Of a stretch of 64,000 nucleotides of DNA, positions 26,421 to 44,500 are shown piece after piece. The position numbers were made by a program, and so were the translations under genes. The stretch is taken from assembly GCA_051362555.1 (NCBI GenBank), contig CM120648.1, forward strand, positions 7,126,587 through 7,190,586, written 5' to 3'. This DNA is from Lingula anatina (taxonomy: Eukaryota > Animalia > Brachiopoda). How positions within the stretch are numbered: position 1 is the first letter of the stretch; every line of letters starts with the position of its first letter. Below the pieces are notes generated by a model. That model was not told where the DNA came from. It saw only the letters and a program-made list of their open reading frames with translations, and made no database searches.

Positions 26421-26949
26421 TTTTGGGAAAATCTATCGTTCTATGATATGAATTTCAAGTAAAAGCAATGCTTTTAACTGAATCTCTGGACCCTAGAAAT
26501 AAGCTCTTTTTCATATTAGTTGCATTGCAGTTTTTTTTTATTTTTATTTTTCATATTAGTTGCATTGAATAAATAATGACAGTCCAGCTGTATGAATGCC
26601 AGTCTAATCAGGAATGAGTATTCGGGAGGAAGCAGTCCTTATTTATGCTGCCCTCACTGTTGTTGTTGTTCTAAGAGGGCCTTCATTCATTGCAGTTTTG
26701 CATTGAATAAATAGGTGATAGTCCAGCTATCTTTTTGAATAATAATTGATAGTCCAGCTATCCTTGAATAAATTATTGCACAGTTGCCTTTGCATTGTTT
26801 GTTGCATCATGTTATATAAATAATGACAGTCCAGCTGTCTTTGTATAAGTAAATAAATAATAACAGTCCAGCTGTCTTTGTATAAGTGTCAGTAGTTGGT
26901 AATTGTCAGTTATGTTCGGGAAGACACAGTCCTCATTTATCCTGCTCCA

Positions 26950-29480
26950 CTGTTGTTGTTGTTCTAAGAGGGCCTTCATTCCTTCCTACAAGGCTAAGTA
27001 CGTCAGGCCCTCTGCGTTGTCAGGGCAGTATGTACGGCCATGGTAGCCGCTATGACCTGTCTGGATGTTGCGTGGTTTTCCACATTTTTTACAGTAGTTG
27101 CTATTTCTGTCTCTCTAAACCACATATGTAATTTTTTAAAAATTTATATAATACCAATATTGTCTAAATAAGATGTTAATACAAATTAATAATGTTAATA
27201 CAACAGTAATAATCTAAAAATTTACTTTCTCTGGGTGGAGAGGTATTGGTTGCCTCTGTCACGGAGGAGGTGTGTGGTCTAGGAGGGATGTGGAATACAG
27301 GGTCCTCATCAGCATCTGCAATTGTGGGATCACAGTCTTCAGAGAACCCCCTCATCATCAGCATCTTCCTCCATTGTCTCGACAACCTCCTCATCGGGTG
27401 CATCTGGGTCCAGTTTTATAGGTTCTAGGGTCTTTCTCATCTGATAGAGGAGGTACTCGCACCCTAGAAGCTCACCTAGAAGTAAAGAGAGAAATGAGAG
27501 AAATATTAGTAGCAGGCCTCTTTTGTTACTATAATCTATTGGCTGCAATTACATCTAAACTTATTATATACATATAAATTACATGAAATCTAAAGCACTT
27601 TAATTACCAGTGTATTTCAATATTTTCTGAAAAATGAGTGTTTATACAATCTTAGCTGAAAAAATGAAAATCAAAACAAAGAAACAAAACAAAGAAAAAA
27701 ACTTCTTGACACTCTCCACCCTAGGAGTGATGGTATTCTTTGAAGAGGCAAAGCACCCCCTTTGTGTGCCTCTTCTTGAAGTTTGGAGTGTAGCAGAAGT
27801 GTTGTTTGCCCAGTTCTGGCAACGCCTCCCAGTGGTGGATGATCTTCTACACATCTTCAGATCGAGGCACTCCCTGTAGATGTTAGGTAGGGAGATGAGA
27901 ACAGGAGCCAGCTTAGTCATGTCCAGTATCTCTTGCACATCTGTAGACCGTAACCTCCTTCCCATCTTTCTCTCTCTGGTGATCAAGGAGAAGTACTCTT
28001 CTGGGGCAGGGCTGGGTGTGTCCACCATTTCCACATACTACGACCTGGGCATGGTTACCGTTGCTAAAAAAAACAACAAAAAAACGAAATAAATACACTG
28101 ATACAAAAACACACAAGAACAATTAAATTGTTACAAATGCCTTAGGGAAAAAAATGTGTAATATTAATGGTGCCGTTTACCTCTGGGATTTTGATAAGTT
28201 TGGGGATGAATCTCACTATGTGGGAGTGGAAGCTCTCCACCGAGCCTCTTGCACATCTGTAGACTTTCAGCTCCTTCCCGCCCTTAGATTTTCCAGTTTG
28301 GTTGTACAGAGCTCTAGACCCCTTTGACGTCCTGGCGGCATGGTATGTGGCGCTGTTGAGAGGCTCGTGTCTTGCACTCTCTCATGATCAAGGAGTGGTA
28401 CTCCTAGCATGTCACACCCCTGATCATTGTCCAGTGTATTGATTAGCGACTGCAACTGATGGTTGTTTCAGCTACACCATGGGAGCGTTGACGGCAGTAT
28501 TTCTCTATCTCCTTGCGCGAGATGTGCTGCATGATATTGTCTGGACTGACACCAGAGCCCTGTAGTTGGCCCAGCTTGGCATCTCGAAGTGCTGGCAGAC
28601 AACTTCTTCATGAAGACGGCATATAGTGGGTGGCTTTCTGTGGTGACACAGGAGGCGATGTGTTATGGGCAAGTTTGCCCGCACATGAAGTGCCACATAT
28701 CCAATCGCACCACCAGAGGTGGAGCAGCAGTCCCTGACAGCGTACATCACCTTGGGTGGAGGCTGTTCACTGAGCTGGTACCGCCTCACAAGGCCCTGGG
28801 CCATCTTGGTTAGGCCAACTCCCTCCTGAGCAGTGAGTTGAGTTCAGACATTTCCTTTAAACCCCCCCCCCCCCCAAAGAAAGATAACAATAACTATGTC
28901 CAAGCATACATACCTTTTTGGAGTCTATTTTTAAGATGGATCCAAAGGTGGAGGTCACCTTGGCTTTGATCTCATCAAACCTCAACAGCACATCACGGAC
29001 TAACACGGTTTGGAGCTATGCTGACCTGGGAGTTTTCAAACGGTAACAGCTAAAGAGGACTAGTTCTTTGCACATGGGATGAGCTGGCAAACTTGTCCAT
29101 AACTGAGAGGAAATTGGCTACCCTGCTTATACCAATCCCTGGTGTGCTGCTCACACAGTTGCTTGCTCAGCCAAGTAGTACTGGTCCCAAGAGATCGCTC
29201 TCTCAGGAGAGAAAGTATCCAGGTAGAGCAAAAGTACCTGCAACAAAGAATAAAGAACAGAATAAGTTATAAAAGTATAGACAGTTGTTTTGTCCGCTAT
29301 CCTGTTGGGATGTGGTCATAGGAGCGGCAGCTGTACTGGTGCCAGCACCAGCTAAGGCAGGGACAGGTAGCTCTAGGTGTTCTGAGTCACGCAGGTCTTT
29401 AAGTTCCACGGCTGAAGAACCGGGCGGGCGGGCGGCAAGCTGCTTTGTCACTCCAGCTTTTAGCCCCGCTTGTGACAGGT
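26950..29480 (-). pseudogene. Degenerate Dada-like DDE transposase, catalytic and C-terminal parts (mosaic)
   Basis: KVTSTFGSILKIDSKK (~28915-28965), MAQGLVRRY...RDCC, RLDMWHFM (DxxH), GVPLLD, YRCARGSVESFHSHIVRFIP, PRVESVKK, GELLGCEYL...DPTI, CGKPRNIQTGHSGYHGRTYCP; many frameshifts. Confidence 0.7.
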
Positions 29481-32400
29481 AACTTCTAATAGTGAGGCTC
29501 TGTAGGATCCTGGCTTGACAGGTTCAGATGTGCCTCTAAATGTTGACGTGTATGTGGTACTCCAAAAATAATTTTCCACAACACTTTTATTTCAGGTTAT
29601 TCGTCATGTTCAAGGCACATCCCACATTACGACAATGTAGTCTATTATTGTTGATTCCGTGAGGCTCTGGAGTTACAGCACAGAGTGACTCAACTCGGGT
29701 GGAATACTTCTGTCCTTCTTGGTATGTTTACAATCCTCTCCTTTAGCATAAATGCCACCATGTCGCTTCAACAGTAATGGTGTGGCTGGCCCCAAGGAAT
29801 GTAACCCTCATCACCCATAACAGACCCCACCATAACAACTGGTGCCCCCAGTCCACAGCCAACAGTATCCCCCTTGTGTGCTATGCAATTTTCTGTGTAA
29901 TTTTTCACACAATTCATCAAAAAACTGCTCATTAGCCATTTTTGTGTGAAATGATACAAGACCACTCTATTATAGCCTGTACTGCTCTAAATATAAAACT
30001 TCAGAAATAATTTTCCACAACACCTTACTATGTGCACAACCCTTTCTTTTAGCATAAATGACACCTCTTGCCCTCCAAGAGTAAAGGAGTGGTGGGGAAA
30101 TCTGAGATGGGGGGCATCTTTCTTCAGGCTTACTAAGAAAAGGAATCCATTAAACCACTATTAAGGTGATAAATGTGTCAATAAGTGTCTGTGTTTGAAA
30201 ATATTCATATAGAGAATGTCATGTTCATGAGATGCCGAGATGCATTAATCTGAGGTGCTCTTTCTTTTCCCATACTAAAATGGACAGCGCTGTTCTATTT
30301 GATGGTAACCTCTGTTGCTTAAGTGATAATTGGTACTTTAATTCTACAGTTTTGAGGCCCCCCTGCCTTCTCTCTTCCTTTTGGAAAAAAATGTCCGTCT
30401 CTTGTCCTTGAAAGGTACCCAGTCTGTGTTAATTGGTTAGTGTTTGTAAAACTCATTTCTTCTCAGAACTAAGTGTTGACAGCTTGGTACTAATTGACAT
30501 TTCTAGGTTGTTCAGATATGTGAAGTTCTTGTGAATCTTTTGAGTGTTAATTTGAAGCCCTTATTCCTGGACTTGACACTATTGTGTGCAGTGTCATTCT
30601 TGTTCCTCCTTTAGGTTATTTAATTGCTGCCACCAGTCTTAATTAAGTAGCCTGCTTAAAACATTTCTAGAACTTTTTCCATTTTTTTTTTCCAAGGAGC
30701 AGGAGATAATTTGAAAGTCCATAATTACTACTGTACCAAAGGCAAGGTTTTTCATGGTACAGTGTACTTAATAGTTATGCCTTGGTGTATAACCAACTAT
30801 GTGGGTATTGTAGAATTTTAAAATTTCATATTTGCAATTGTTTTAAGGTGTTAAAAAGCTCTTATTTAGTCATTGAACCTTGCAATAAACATGTTAGTAG
30901 AAAAAGCAATGCAATTTTTTTTTTTCTTTTTCTTTGAAAATATGTTGAATTTTTTAAAGGTTATGGAGGCTATATGCTAGACAAATATCTAGAAGAAGGA
31001 AAGAGTGTATTATTCACTTATATAACATTATCTTTTTGGGAGCATTTAGAACAATTTGATCCGCAGACTAATAGATAGTACTCCCTAAAAATGTAAGTTT
31101 TGTCTGAAATATTCATGAGGCATGACAGTACTGTTTAATAATGGCCAAATGAGTGTGTTAAATGTTGGGGTATGTAGCATGTTTATTGAATTTAAAATGT
31201 AATTTGGTGAAATTTGTTTATAGCCAAGCCTGTGAAAAATGTTTTTGTTGAAGTATATGTACTTATTTCTTTTTGGACTTGTTACTTATTGAAATTTAGG
31301 AAACTTCAGATTTCTGTTTTATTTTTGCTTTGTATTTAGTTTCGTTATTAGTTGTATGTCTCCTGTTTTGCTGGAAGAAATTTTGCAGATTTAATACATC
31401 ACACAATAATTCTGAATCATTAATATAGATTGTATTACGAAATGAATTTGATAACAATCCTTGATCAAATTATTATTTAAGAAAATTGCACGATGGTTAT
31501 TTATTGTCACACATTTCATAGTATAAATACAATTCAGTTCACTTGTCTTAAAGAATCTTTACAATTAATTAAAATTGTTTGAGATCATTATTATAGGTGT
31601 AATGTCAAACTTGCAATTAATTTACTCTATGAGACAGAAACTTACAGTGAATAGTTTTGAGGATCTGTGTGCCTTGTGTTACCATGTATTATTACATGTT
31701 AAGAGTGATATTTCTCAACATCAACTTTTTTAAAAGAAATTAGTTCATTGTTATGTGCTGGAAATATACTACTGGGAAAGGCCCTGTTTACAGTGTTGAC
31801 TTAGGAAATGTGCTTAAGACTTAGAACAACAGGATTGTTGAAATAAAGTTTAAATGCCTTACATGTGATTTTGTTTTATCAAGCAATAATAAATTAAACA
31901 TTAGAAATCCATTGACAGGTTGTTTATTATTACTTCCAAATGTTTTATTTTTACGTTGGCAAATGAAAACAAGTGCATGCAATTAAACCATAAAGTACTG
32001 CTTAATTTGAAGTAAATAGAAAAATCCATGCAGGACAAAATTCCTGAGGGGTATTTGGATTGTGCGCTTTGAATGCAGATCACCCCAAACATTTGCTGTA
32101 CCAATATCACATGCATGTAGCTAATACAACCAGTTGGCAGTTTGAAGTTGCAATTAAATACCTGAGTAGTGAATTAAAAAAAAAATTGGCAAGACGAATA
32201 AAACGCTGCCGGTTACCCCCTCTCCCCTCCCCCCCCCCCCCCAAACACACACACACACACGCACACTTATGTTCATTGGCACCAAAAGCCTAATAGCAAT
32301 ATCTTACCAAAGTGTTTCTTACTAGAAAATTGGAAAAAAAACGGGAGAGGTAGTGTCCGTGAAACTATTTAAGTGGGCATATACCCCGCCTAATTTGAGT

Positions 32401-33448
32401 ACGGCTCTGAAAAAAAAAAACAAGCAGGCAGAGAACTTGGCCTACAATACGTGATACGTGACTGGGTTGAAATTGTGATAAAACTGTCCAGAAATATTTT
32501 ACAGAGTCGGGTGTTTATAAAGGTTGCAGGGCCTGTCTGTAGATCTGCCAGTCCACCCCTTTCATGATCTTCCAGCGTTTTGTTTGCACAACTCTGTTTG
32601 TATAGTGTTTGTCTTAAAAAGATACAGAATTCAGCAGGAGAACGTCGATTCATGGTACCCATTCACTTGTAGTCATGCAGTACCGGTAGTTTACAATTGC
32701 AGTTAGGGTTTCATCAGTAATCATTGAAATAGCTTATCATTGTGTGTTTCGTTTCTGATTCAATTTCAGTGTAACTCCGCATGATTAAGTTAAGCACCCC
32801 AAAAAGAAAAAAAAATACCCAAAAGGGATCAGTTTCGATTTCTGACTCTAAAAATAGGTCAACTTGTCGACTCTGTCATTGTCGTAATTGGATAGAGACC
32901 ATTGTTGATATTGACCTAATTTATTGGACTTTGGAGGGTGGACCTGCACTAGCACCAGTATAAACGATAAAATACAATATTTAAAAACCAATTTAACAAA
33001 TTTAAACCTGACATTAGAAATAGTAAGTAGAATTCATATGTATTTAAATCTCTCTCTCTCTCTTTCTCTCTCTCCCTCTCTCTCTCTCTCTCAACATATT
33101 CACACACGCGTAAAACCTCAAAGATTAACACCAGCTACAGAAACAAAATTAAGAAGTATTTTAATATTATAAAAATTATCAAATTCCACCTACTAAATAA
33201 TTATTGGGAAGAAAGAAAGATAAAGAAAAGGGCGGGGGAATACATGTAGTGTATCAATAATCATTTGCTGTAGCCCCAGGCTCATCTCATTATTGAACAT
33301 TTTGTATTGTTAGCAAATACATGCTCTTCATTCAGCTGAGATGTTAACTTGTCACATTAAGCATACTAAGTAAGAGCAAGGCCTAAAATTTAGGTTAAAC
33401 ACATACTCTTTGTACACACCTATGTTAATTATACTTCCAGACCTATAA

Positions 33449-38207
<4,759 letters not shown>

Positions 38208-40139
38208 TTCTAGCCTGCCTGGACATTGGAGAAAGAACAGAACTTGATTTAAAAAGCAATATTTACACCAGCCTGAAGAGTGCTATTTAACAGTAAATTT
38301 AAAAATTCAAATCCCATGAAAAATAATGCAATTTTCTACCCAAATTGTGGTAATAAAGTAAATAAACTTTCCAGTAAGTTAAATGATGTAAAGATGAGAA
38401 GATTCGATGAATTATTTGTGAGGAATGCAAGAGATAAAAAAGAGACCAGAAAATGACTTGAAGACACTGCTGAGTTCAGCAAAAATATGGCTCTATTCCA
38501 TAGGCACAAAGGAAAATGGATTTCAAATCCTCTTTATATTATTATATATCTAGGTCATCTCTTCCAAACCATTAATTATTGCTGCTTTTGGTTTTGTATG
38601 TTTATAAGGCATTTGTGCAATGAGATAAGATGCCTCATTACAGCGCATTGTCAATGTTCAAAGTATGTTGCTATGTATCTACATTAATGTGGAAAATTAA
38701 TGTTGGTTTACGTTTGATTGGTGTATTTATGACATTTTTTATTTCAGTCCTAAGAAGCAAAGCTAATCCAAGACACATCAGTTTGTTGTTAAAATCATAC
38801 AGTACTTTATTCAACTCAAATCTGTTTTGGTCTTACACCTGCTTTGGTCTTACACCTGTTTTGGTCTTACACCACGTCATCTGACATTGTAAATTTTTTT
38901 TTGCTGTTTTATTTTGTTTCAAATAAAGTAAAAAATATATTGATGAAAATAGTAAGCATGTACTCAGAGTTTTATGACATCTCTTCGAATTCCAAAGGAG
39001 TGAATTAAACTACAGTTATAGAATAAACTTATCTTTAAGAATCCCATGATTTTTATAAGATTTTTGAAATGAATTGTCAGTTGTGGATTTTAAGAATTAA
39101 GCTTGGGGTAAACTTCCCAATTAAAACAAAATGGTCAATCGTCATCTAGTTCTACAACTATTTTTAATAAGTTTTTTCTAAATAAGTGCATGTCCTTTTG
39201 TGAGTTTACGCGTAAATAACGTACGTACGAGCGTACTGTAGCCTGCTATAAACTGTACAAAACAATAACACACTTTTTCTTTTCGCTGTTTGAAGAAATA
39301 ATGTTTTAACTACACGAGCTTAAAAACAATGCATGTCCTGTAATTTTCCTCCTGGAATTTTCCATTCCAAGCTTACTGACTGTGAAGCTGGGGTTAGACA
39401 AGCATATCTAGGTCAACTGGAAGCCTCGTGGACAACAAGCTGAATACGGGCACTTCAGGGCAGATAACAATCGGAAGACGTGGTGTGTGGTCATTATCTC
39501 AAACCCAATGGAAATGTACCAAAAGGATTGTCATCTTCAGCGTTGACATGTGTCGGTAAACTTTAGAAAGCTGTTGAATATATCACCCTTGTTTGATACG
39601 GTTAATGGATATCTTACAAATGGGGGTTCCTTTACTTTTTTACGTGAAGCAAGGAGTTATAACTCCTTGCGTGAAGTTACCATGAGGATTTTTTTTTCGA
39701 TCTCTCTATTATTCACATTCATGTCAATTAAAGCAGATTCTGGAAATAAAACTTTCGGTACGCACAAAGAGTCGCTTGGAATAAATGCAGTGGTAGGACG
39801 TAGTAGTAACATATGTCATGAGAATACATATAGCTCTCGTGTGATATAAATACCCCAAAACCATGCCATATTCGTGTGCCGATATGTATACGTGCAGGTG
39901 CTTACAGGCATAAATAATTACTGCTGTAGAGGGTACAAAGGTCGTTTTAACAATTTAAGTCTAATGTCTGAGCTGTGCAGTATTGCACGTGTAAATCGCA
40001 TCCGTCTGCACTGTCACAAGACACTGGTGTGATAGTGTACGGTGTTACATCTTTTGTCGTAACATTTGGACTGGACGAGTTCATTGCTCTTTCCAGGCCA
40101 CTATTGTGACCCAGACAGGTCAATGTTAAAGCCTTTTAA

Positions 40140-40410
40140 TAATGCACGTGATAACAAACTGCTGATTGGATGACCTAAATGAAAATGACCTGGTTTCAAG
40201 AGATATAGATGGCGCTTTTTCTCATACCCACCTGTAAGGAAAGTATTTTTCCTGCCATCTAGCGGCCATTTTGAGAGGTCATTCGTTGACTATATAAGCC
40301 GAGTTTTTCCATGAGCCCGTTCTCTTGTAATCTTGCACGGTTGTCTGAAGGATCCGGGCAGTTGATCAAATTTTTGCAGAACGCTGCGGCACGCTAACAG
40401 ATAATACGGT
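40140..40410 (+). promoter_or_regulatory. Probable MTHFR promoter and first non-coding exon
   Basis: CACGTG E-box, reverse CCAAT (CTGATTGG), CTCF-like CTGCCATCTAGCGG followed by YY1-like GCCATTTT, TATATAAG at ~40291, donor cg|gtagga at ~40408. Confidence 0.55.
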
Positions 40411-41577
40411 AGGACTGACAGGCATTGTCTACTACTTAATGGGCTCGCATTATAATTTTATTTTTATTGTTTGCATTAATTTTTTTTGTGTCATGGCTTT
40501 GTTTTTCTTTTTATTATTTTTTTCCCAGGGTTCGCTTGTTTTGGTAAGCTGACCTATTCTCTCTACAAAAGAAACTGAACAGATATTTGTTTTTGTTGAA
40601 AATTAAATTGATATTAAACGGGAAAAAAACATTATGCAGAGTTTAAATTACTTAGTTTTTTTAATAATGAAAGGATCAGTTATAATATAATTACAATTAT
40701 TGTATTTTTTTTTTTTTTTACAATTACAATTTAAAAAATACTTAAACTTTCACCTTTCATCTGTTTAAAAAAGTATGTACTCAAGTGAACACACCTCAGG
40801 AAAAAGTTGTAAAAAAAGATGTTGGTGCTCAAGTGTCATTTTTAAATTTATAGAGCTCTTAATTACTTTTATGAAGATGGCATGAATTTTCATGGATGTA
40901 ACACTTTTCCTTTTTTTTTATTTTTATTTTTTTTTTGAAATGTTTTTTTTAAATTGGTAATTTAAAATTTTTTTTAATTATTTTTTTTCAAAGCATTGTA
41001 TAATGTAATATTTGATCATTCATTACAGTCCCCCTAATTATTTCCTTACATGTGGTTATTTCCTAACATGGTAAAATGAAGTTTTTTCTAACCTGCCCCC
41101 CCCCCCCCCCCCCCCGGCTCGTCTCTTTTGTCCCACGACTTCCCTAAAAATTATAACCACAAAATATTGTGAAAGAGAGAAAAAAGGAAGTTACTTTAGA
41201 AAAAGGAATGTGTGATAAATTTGAATTTGAGTGAAAAGTGCAGTTATAATCTGCCGTAAAGAATATTTAACTTTTTTACTCAAATAGAAATGATTTTTTT
41301 CTGCATTTATTTTTTCAACGTTTTCCAAATTTGATGCCTATATTAACCAGCATTGTTGTGTATATTAATATTATCAGTTTTCTAGAAATCCAGTCAAAAT
41401 GGTTAATACTTATTCACTCACAACAATACCTTCCTCTCAAACTAAAAAAAAATGAAATTTGAATAGCTCTGAATTAACAAAGATAGTATCTTTGCATTTA
41501 AATAAATTCTTAATGTGTTTAATGAATAACAGTAAAATAAAACAATTTTTAAAAAAATTTTCAGGTGAGAAATCACG

Positions 41578-44500
41578 ATGAAAGATCTTCAGCACTCTCC
41601 AGACAGGAGTCCACAAAATGGAACCCCTGCGACACCTTCTCCAAACTCCTCACGACCCGAGTCTCCAGGCCTCCTGCCATACAAATATATCTCTCTCATG
41701 GACCGTATCAAAGCTAAGATTGCAGATGACGAACCGTTTTTTTCACTAGAATTCTTTCCTCCAAAGACTGAAGAGGGCGCTGTAAATTTGGTTGCCAGGT
41801 ATGTTGTGCATAATTATCACACAAGAAGCAATCTGTTATCATTGTCACATCCCACATAATTAAATGAATGGGCAGTTTTTTTTTTTTTGACAAAGTTGCC
41901 TGATTTTTTCATCACCCGACTGGCATGAAAATAACGTAAAAATTTTATATGATGAGGGGAGGGGCAGGAGAATTTAGTAAATCTTTTTATCAGCAAATAA
42001 AAATGTTTTTGGGGTAGTGGGAATTTTTCTGGCCAAGTAATGGAGAACACTTGCCCAAAGGATGACAGAAAAACCTTATTGTCAACTCCTGAACACTGTT
42101 TTAGTTATGACAGTTTTACAAGATTGCTTATTCAGTGTTGTTACTTTTGTGTTAAGTATGGCAGTATGTTTAGTCTGGCAGTGTTTTAATTTTAATAAGG
42201 TCTTGAGTGCAAATGAGTGTTTAGGTCAATTTTCCTAAGTGGCATGACAAGTCTTGATGATGTCAGCCCCCCTGGTGGTGCTTTTACAGCTGGCACAACA
42301 CGCCCCCAGAAGTCTCTCGTATTCTCTTTCAGGCTTGAGCGCATGTTGCTGGGAGGTCCCCTCTTCTGTGACATCACATGGCACTCTGCGGGAGACCCGA
42401 CCTCGGACAAGCACACCAGCTCCACAGCCATTGCAGGCACCATGTTGAATTACGTTGGCATGGAAACCATGCTTCACCTGACTTGCATCGGTGCATCCAA
42501 GGCAACCATGATTAATCAGCTGGAAAGAGCCAAGGAGTTGGGTATTAGGAATATTCTTGCTCTGAGAGGAGGTAAACATGATATGTTATTTTATAAAATT
42601 AAAATGAATGGATATTTGATATGTTATCACCCCTTACTCACTGTAACACCTAACACATTGTCACACTTAACACATTCTCACACTTGGCACACCGACACTC
42701 CAAAGGTACAAAAATTTACCGATGGTATGTACTGTTTCCCACTGTATCGCACTAAATTTTTGAAAAAACATTATAGATTTGAGTCAATTTTTTCTGTCAT
42801 ATTTAATACAGTTAAAGCTTTTAGAATTGCATGTCTATTTTCCAAATTATAATGCACTGTTAGATTATACTCTCAAGAAAATAATATCTTTATGAATGAG
42901 ATAATTTAACACAGTATACAATTCCTTTTTTTTAACCCTTTAGATGCCAAGTTTGGCGAGGAGTGGAAACCAGAGCCAGATGGTTTTAACTATGCCACAG
43001 ATCTTGTCAGGTTTATCAGGCTGCACTATGGAGACTATTTTGTTATCTGTGTAGCAGGTGAGAAAGCAGTGTTGTGTCCATATCACACTTCAATACCAAA
43101 ATACCCCATTACATCCATAATTGTTACATGAGTTACAATCATCGTACTGTCACACCTTATACTGAGATGCCAAATCACACAGGCATGCCCAGTTATTTTA
43201 TCTTTACCCCCTACAATATCACATCCAACTGGCTGTCACACCTAACACATTGTCATACCTTAAACTGAGAGAAATTCACACTGCCACACACAATGCAACG
43301 TAGCATCCAAATGGTCGTCACACCTGACACATTTTAGCATACACTGTCATGTCCAATGTACTGTAAATAGTAAAATCCATCATCACAGTTTTCATTTCAT
43401 CGTGTAGGTTACCCTAGTGGGCATCCAGATTGCGAATCCTACGAGGCTGACCTTCAGAACCTAAAAACGAAAGTAGATGCTGGAGCAGACTTTATAATCA
43501 CACAGCTGATTTTCCAGTCAAAGACTTTCCTGAAGTATGTGCAGGACTGCAGGAATATCGGCATTACAGTTCCTATACTGCCAGGAATAATGCCATTTCA
43601 GGTGAGCAAGGGTCATACTTATATATAGGCTTGTTTTAACCTTTATGATAATAATAGTCATAATAATTGTCCATTTGTGGTTTACAATTTTGTCATATAT
43701 CTGATTAACTTGTATTTTTTAATAAACAACTTAGCACATTCATAGTTAAAAATTCATTTAGCTAATTGTGTAATTCACTTGAATAAGTACTTTACTTTGA
43801 GTATTTGTAGTTTTAGAATTAATCAAGTCTGAAATTATTTACACTTCTGTTCCTAGTATATTTATATATTTCAATCAACAATTTTATAGCTGTGTTTTTA
43901 ACTGCCCCCCCCCCCCCCCCCCAATCATTGATAAGTGGAATCTGTCCATGTGGCTTGTATATCTTATTCCTATCTAAACTTGTTTTTCAGTCTTATCAGT
44001 CACTTCGCCATATCACACGTTTGTCTAAAATGGAGATCCCACAAGAAATTTTGGACGAGGTGATACCTATCAAAGACAACGATGAGGCAATCAGGAACTG
44101 GGGTATTGACATTGCATACAGAATGTGTTCAGAAATCCTTGCCGCAAAAGGAGCGCCTGGCCTCCATTTTTACACCTTAAACAGAGAGGTCGCCACTGTT
44201 TCTGTTCTGAAGAGACTTGGAATGTGGTGTGAGGAACCAAAGAGAATGTTGCCATGGAAACCAACGGCCAATCACATCCGCTGTATGGAGGACGTGAGGC
44301 CGATATTCTGGAGGGCGCGCCAGAAGAGCTATGTTCAGCGTACATCAGACTGGGAGGATTTCCCTAATGGCAGATGGGGAGATTCATCCTCAGCGGCCTT
44401 TGGGGCCTTGAAGGACCATTACCCATTCTATCTTACCAGTAAATCTTCACATGAAGAGTTGATGTCTATGTGGAAAAAAGAACTGAATAGTGAAGAGGAT

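Noticed and set aside
21000-30500. Split U6 halves or GCGCAA duplications at the ends of the Dada-like remnants
   Set aside because: None found by eye; the ccttgcgc at ~28511 lies inside transposase coding sequence
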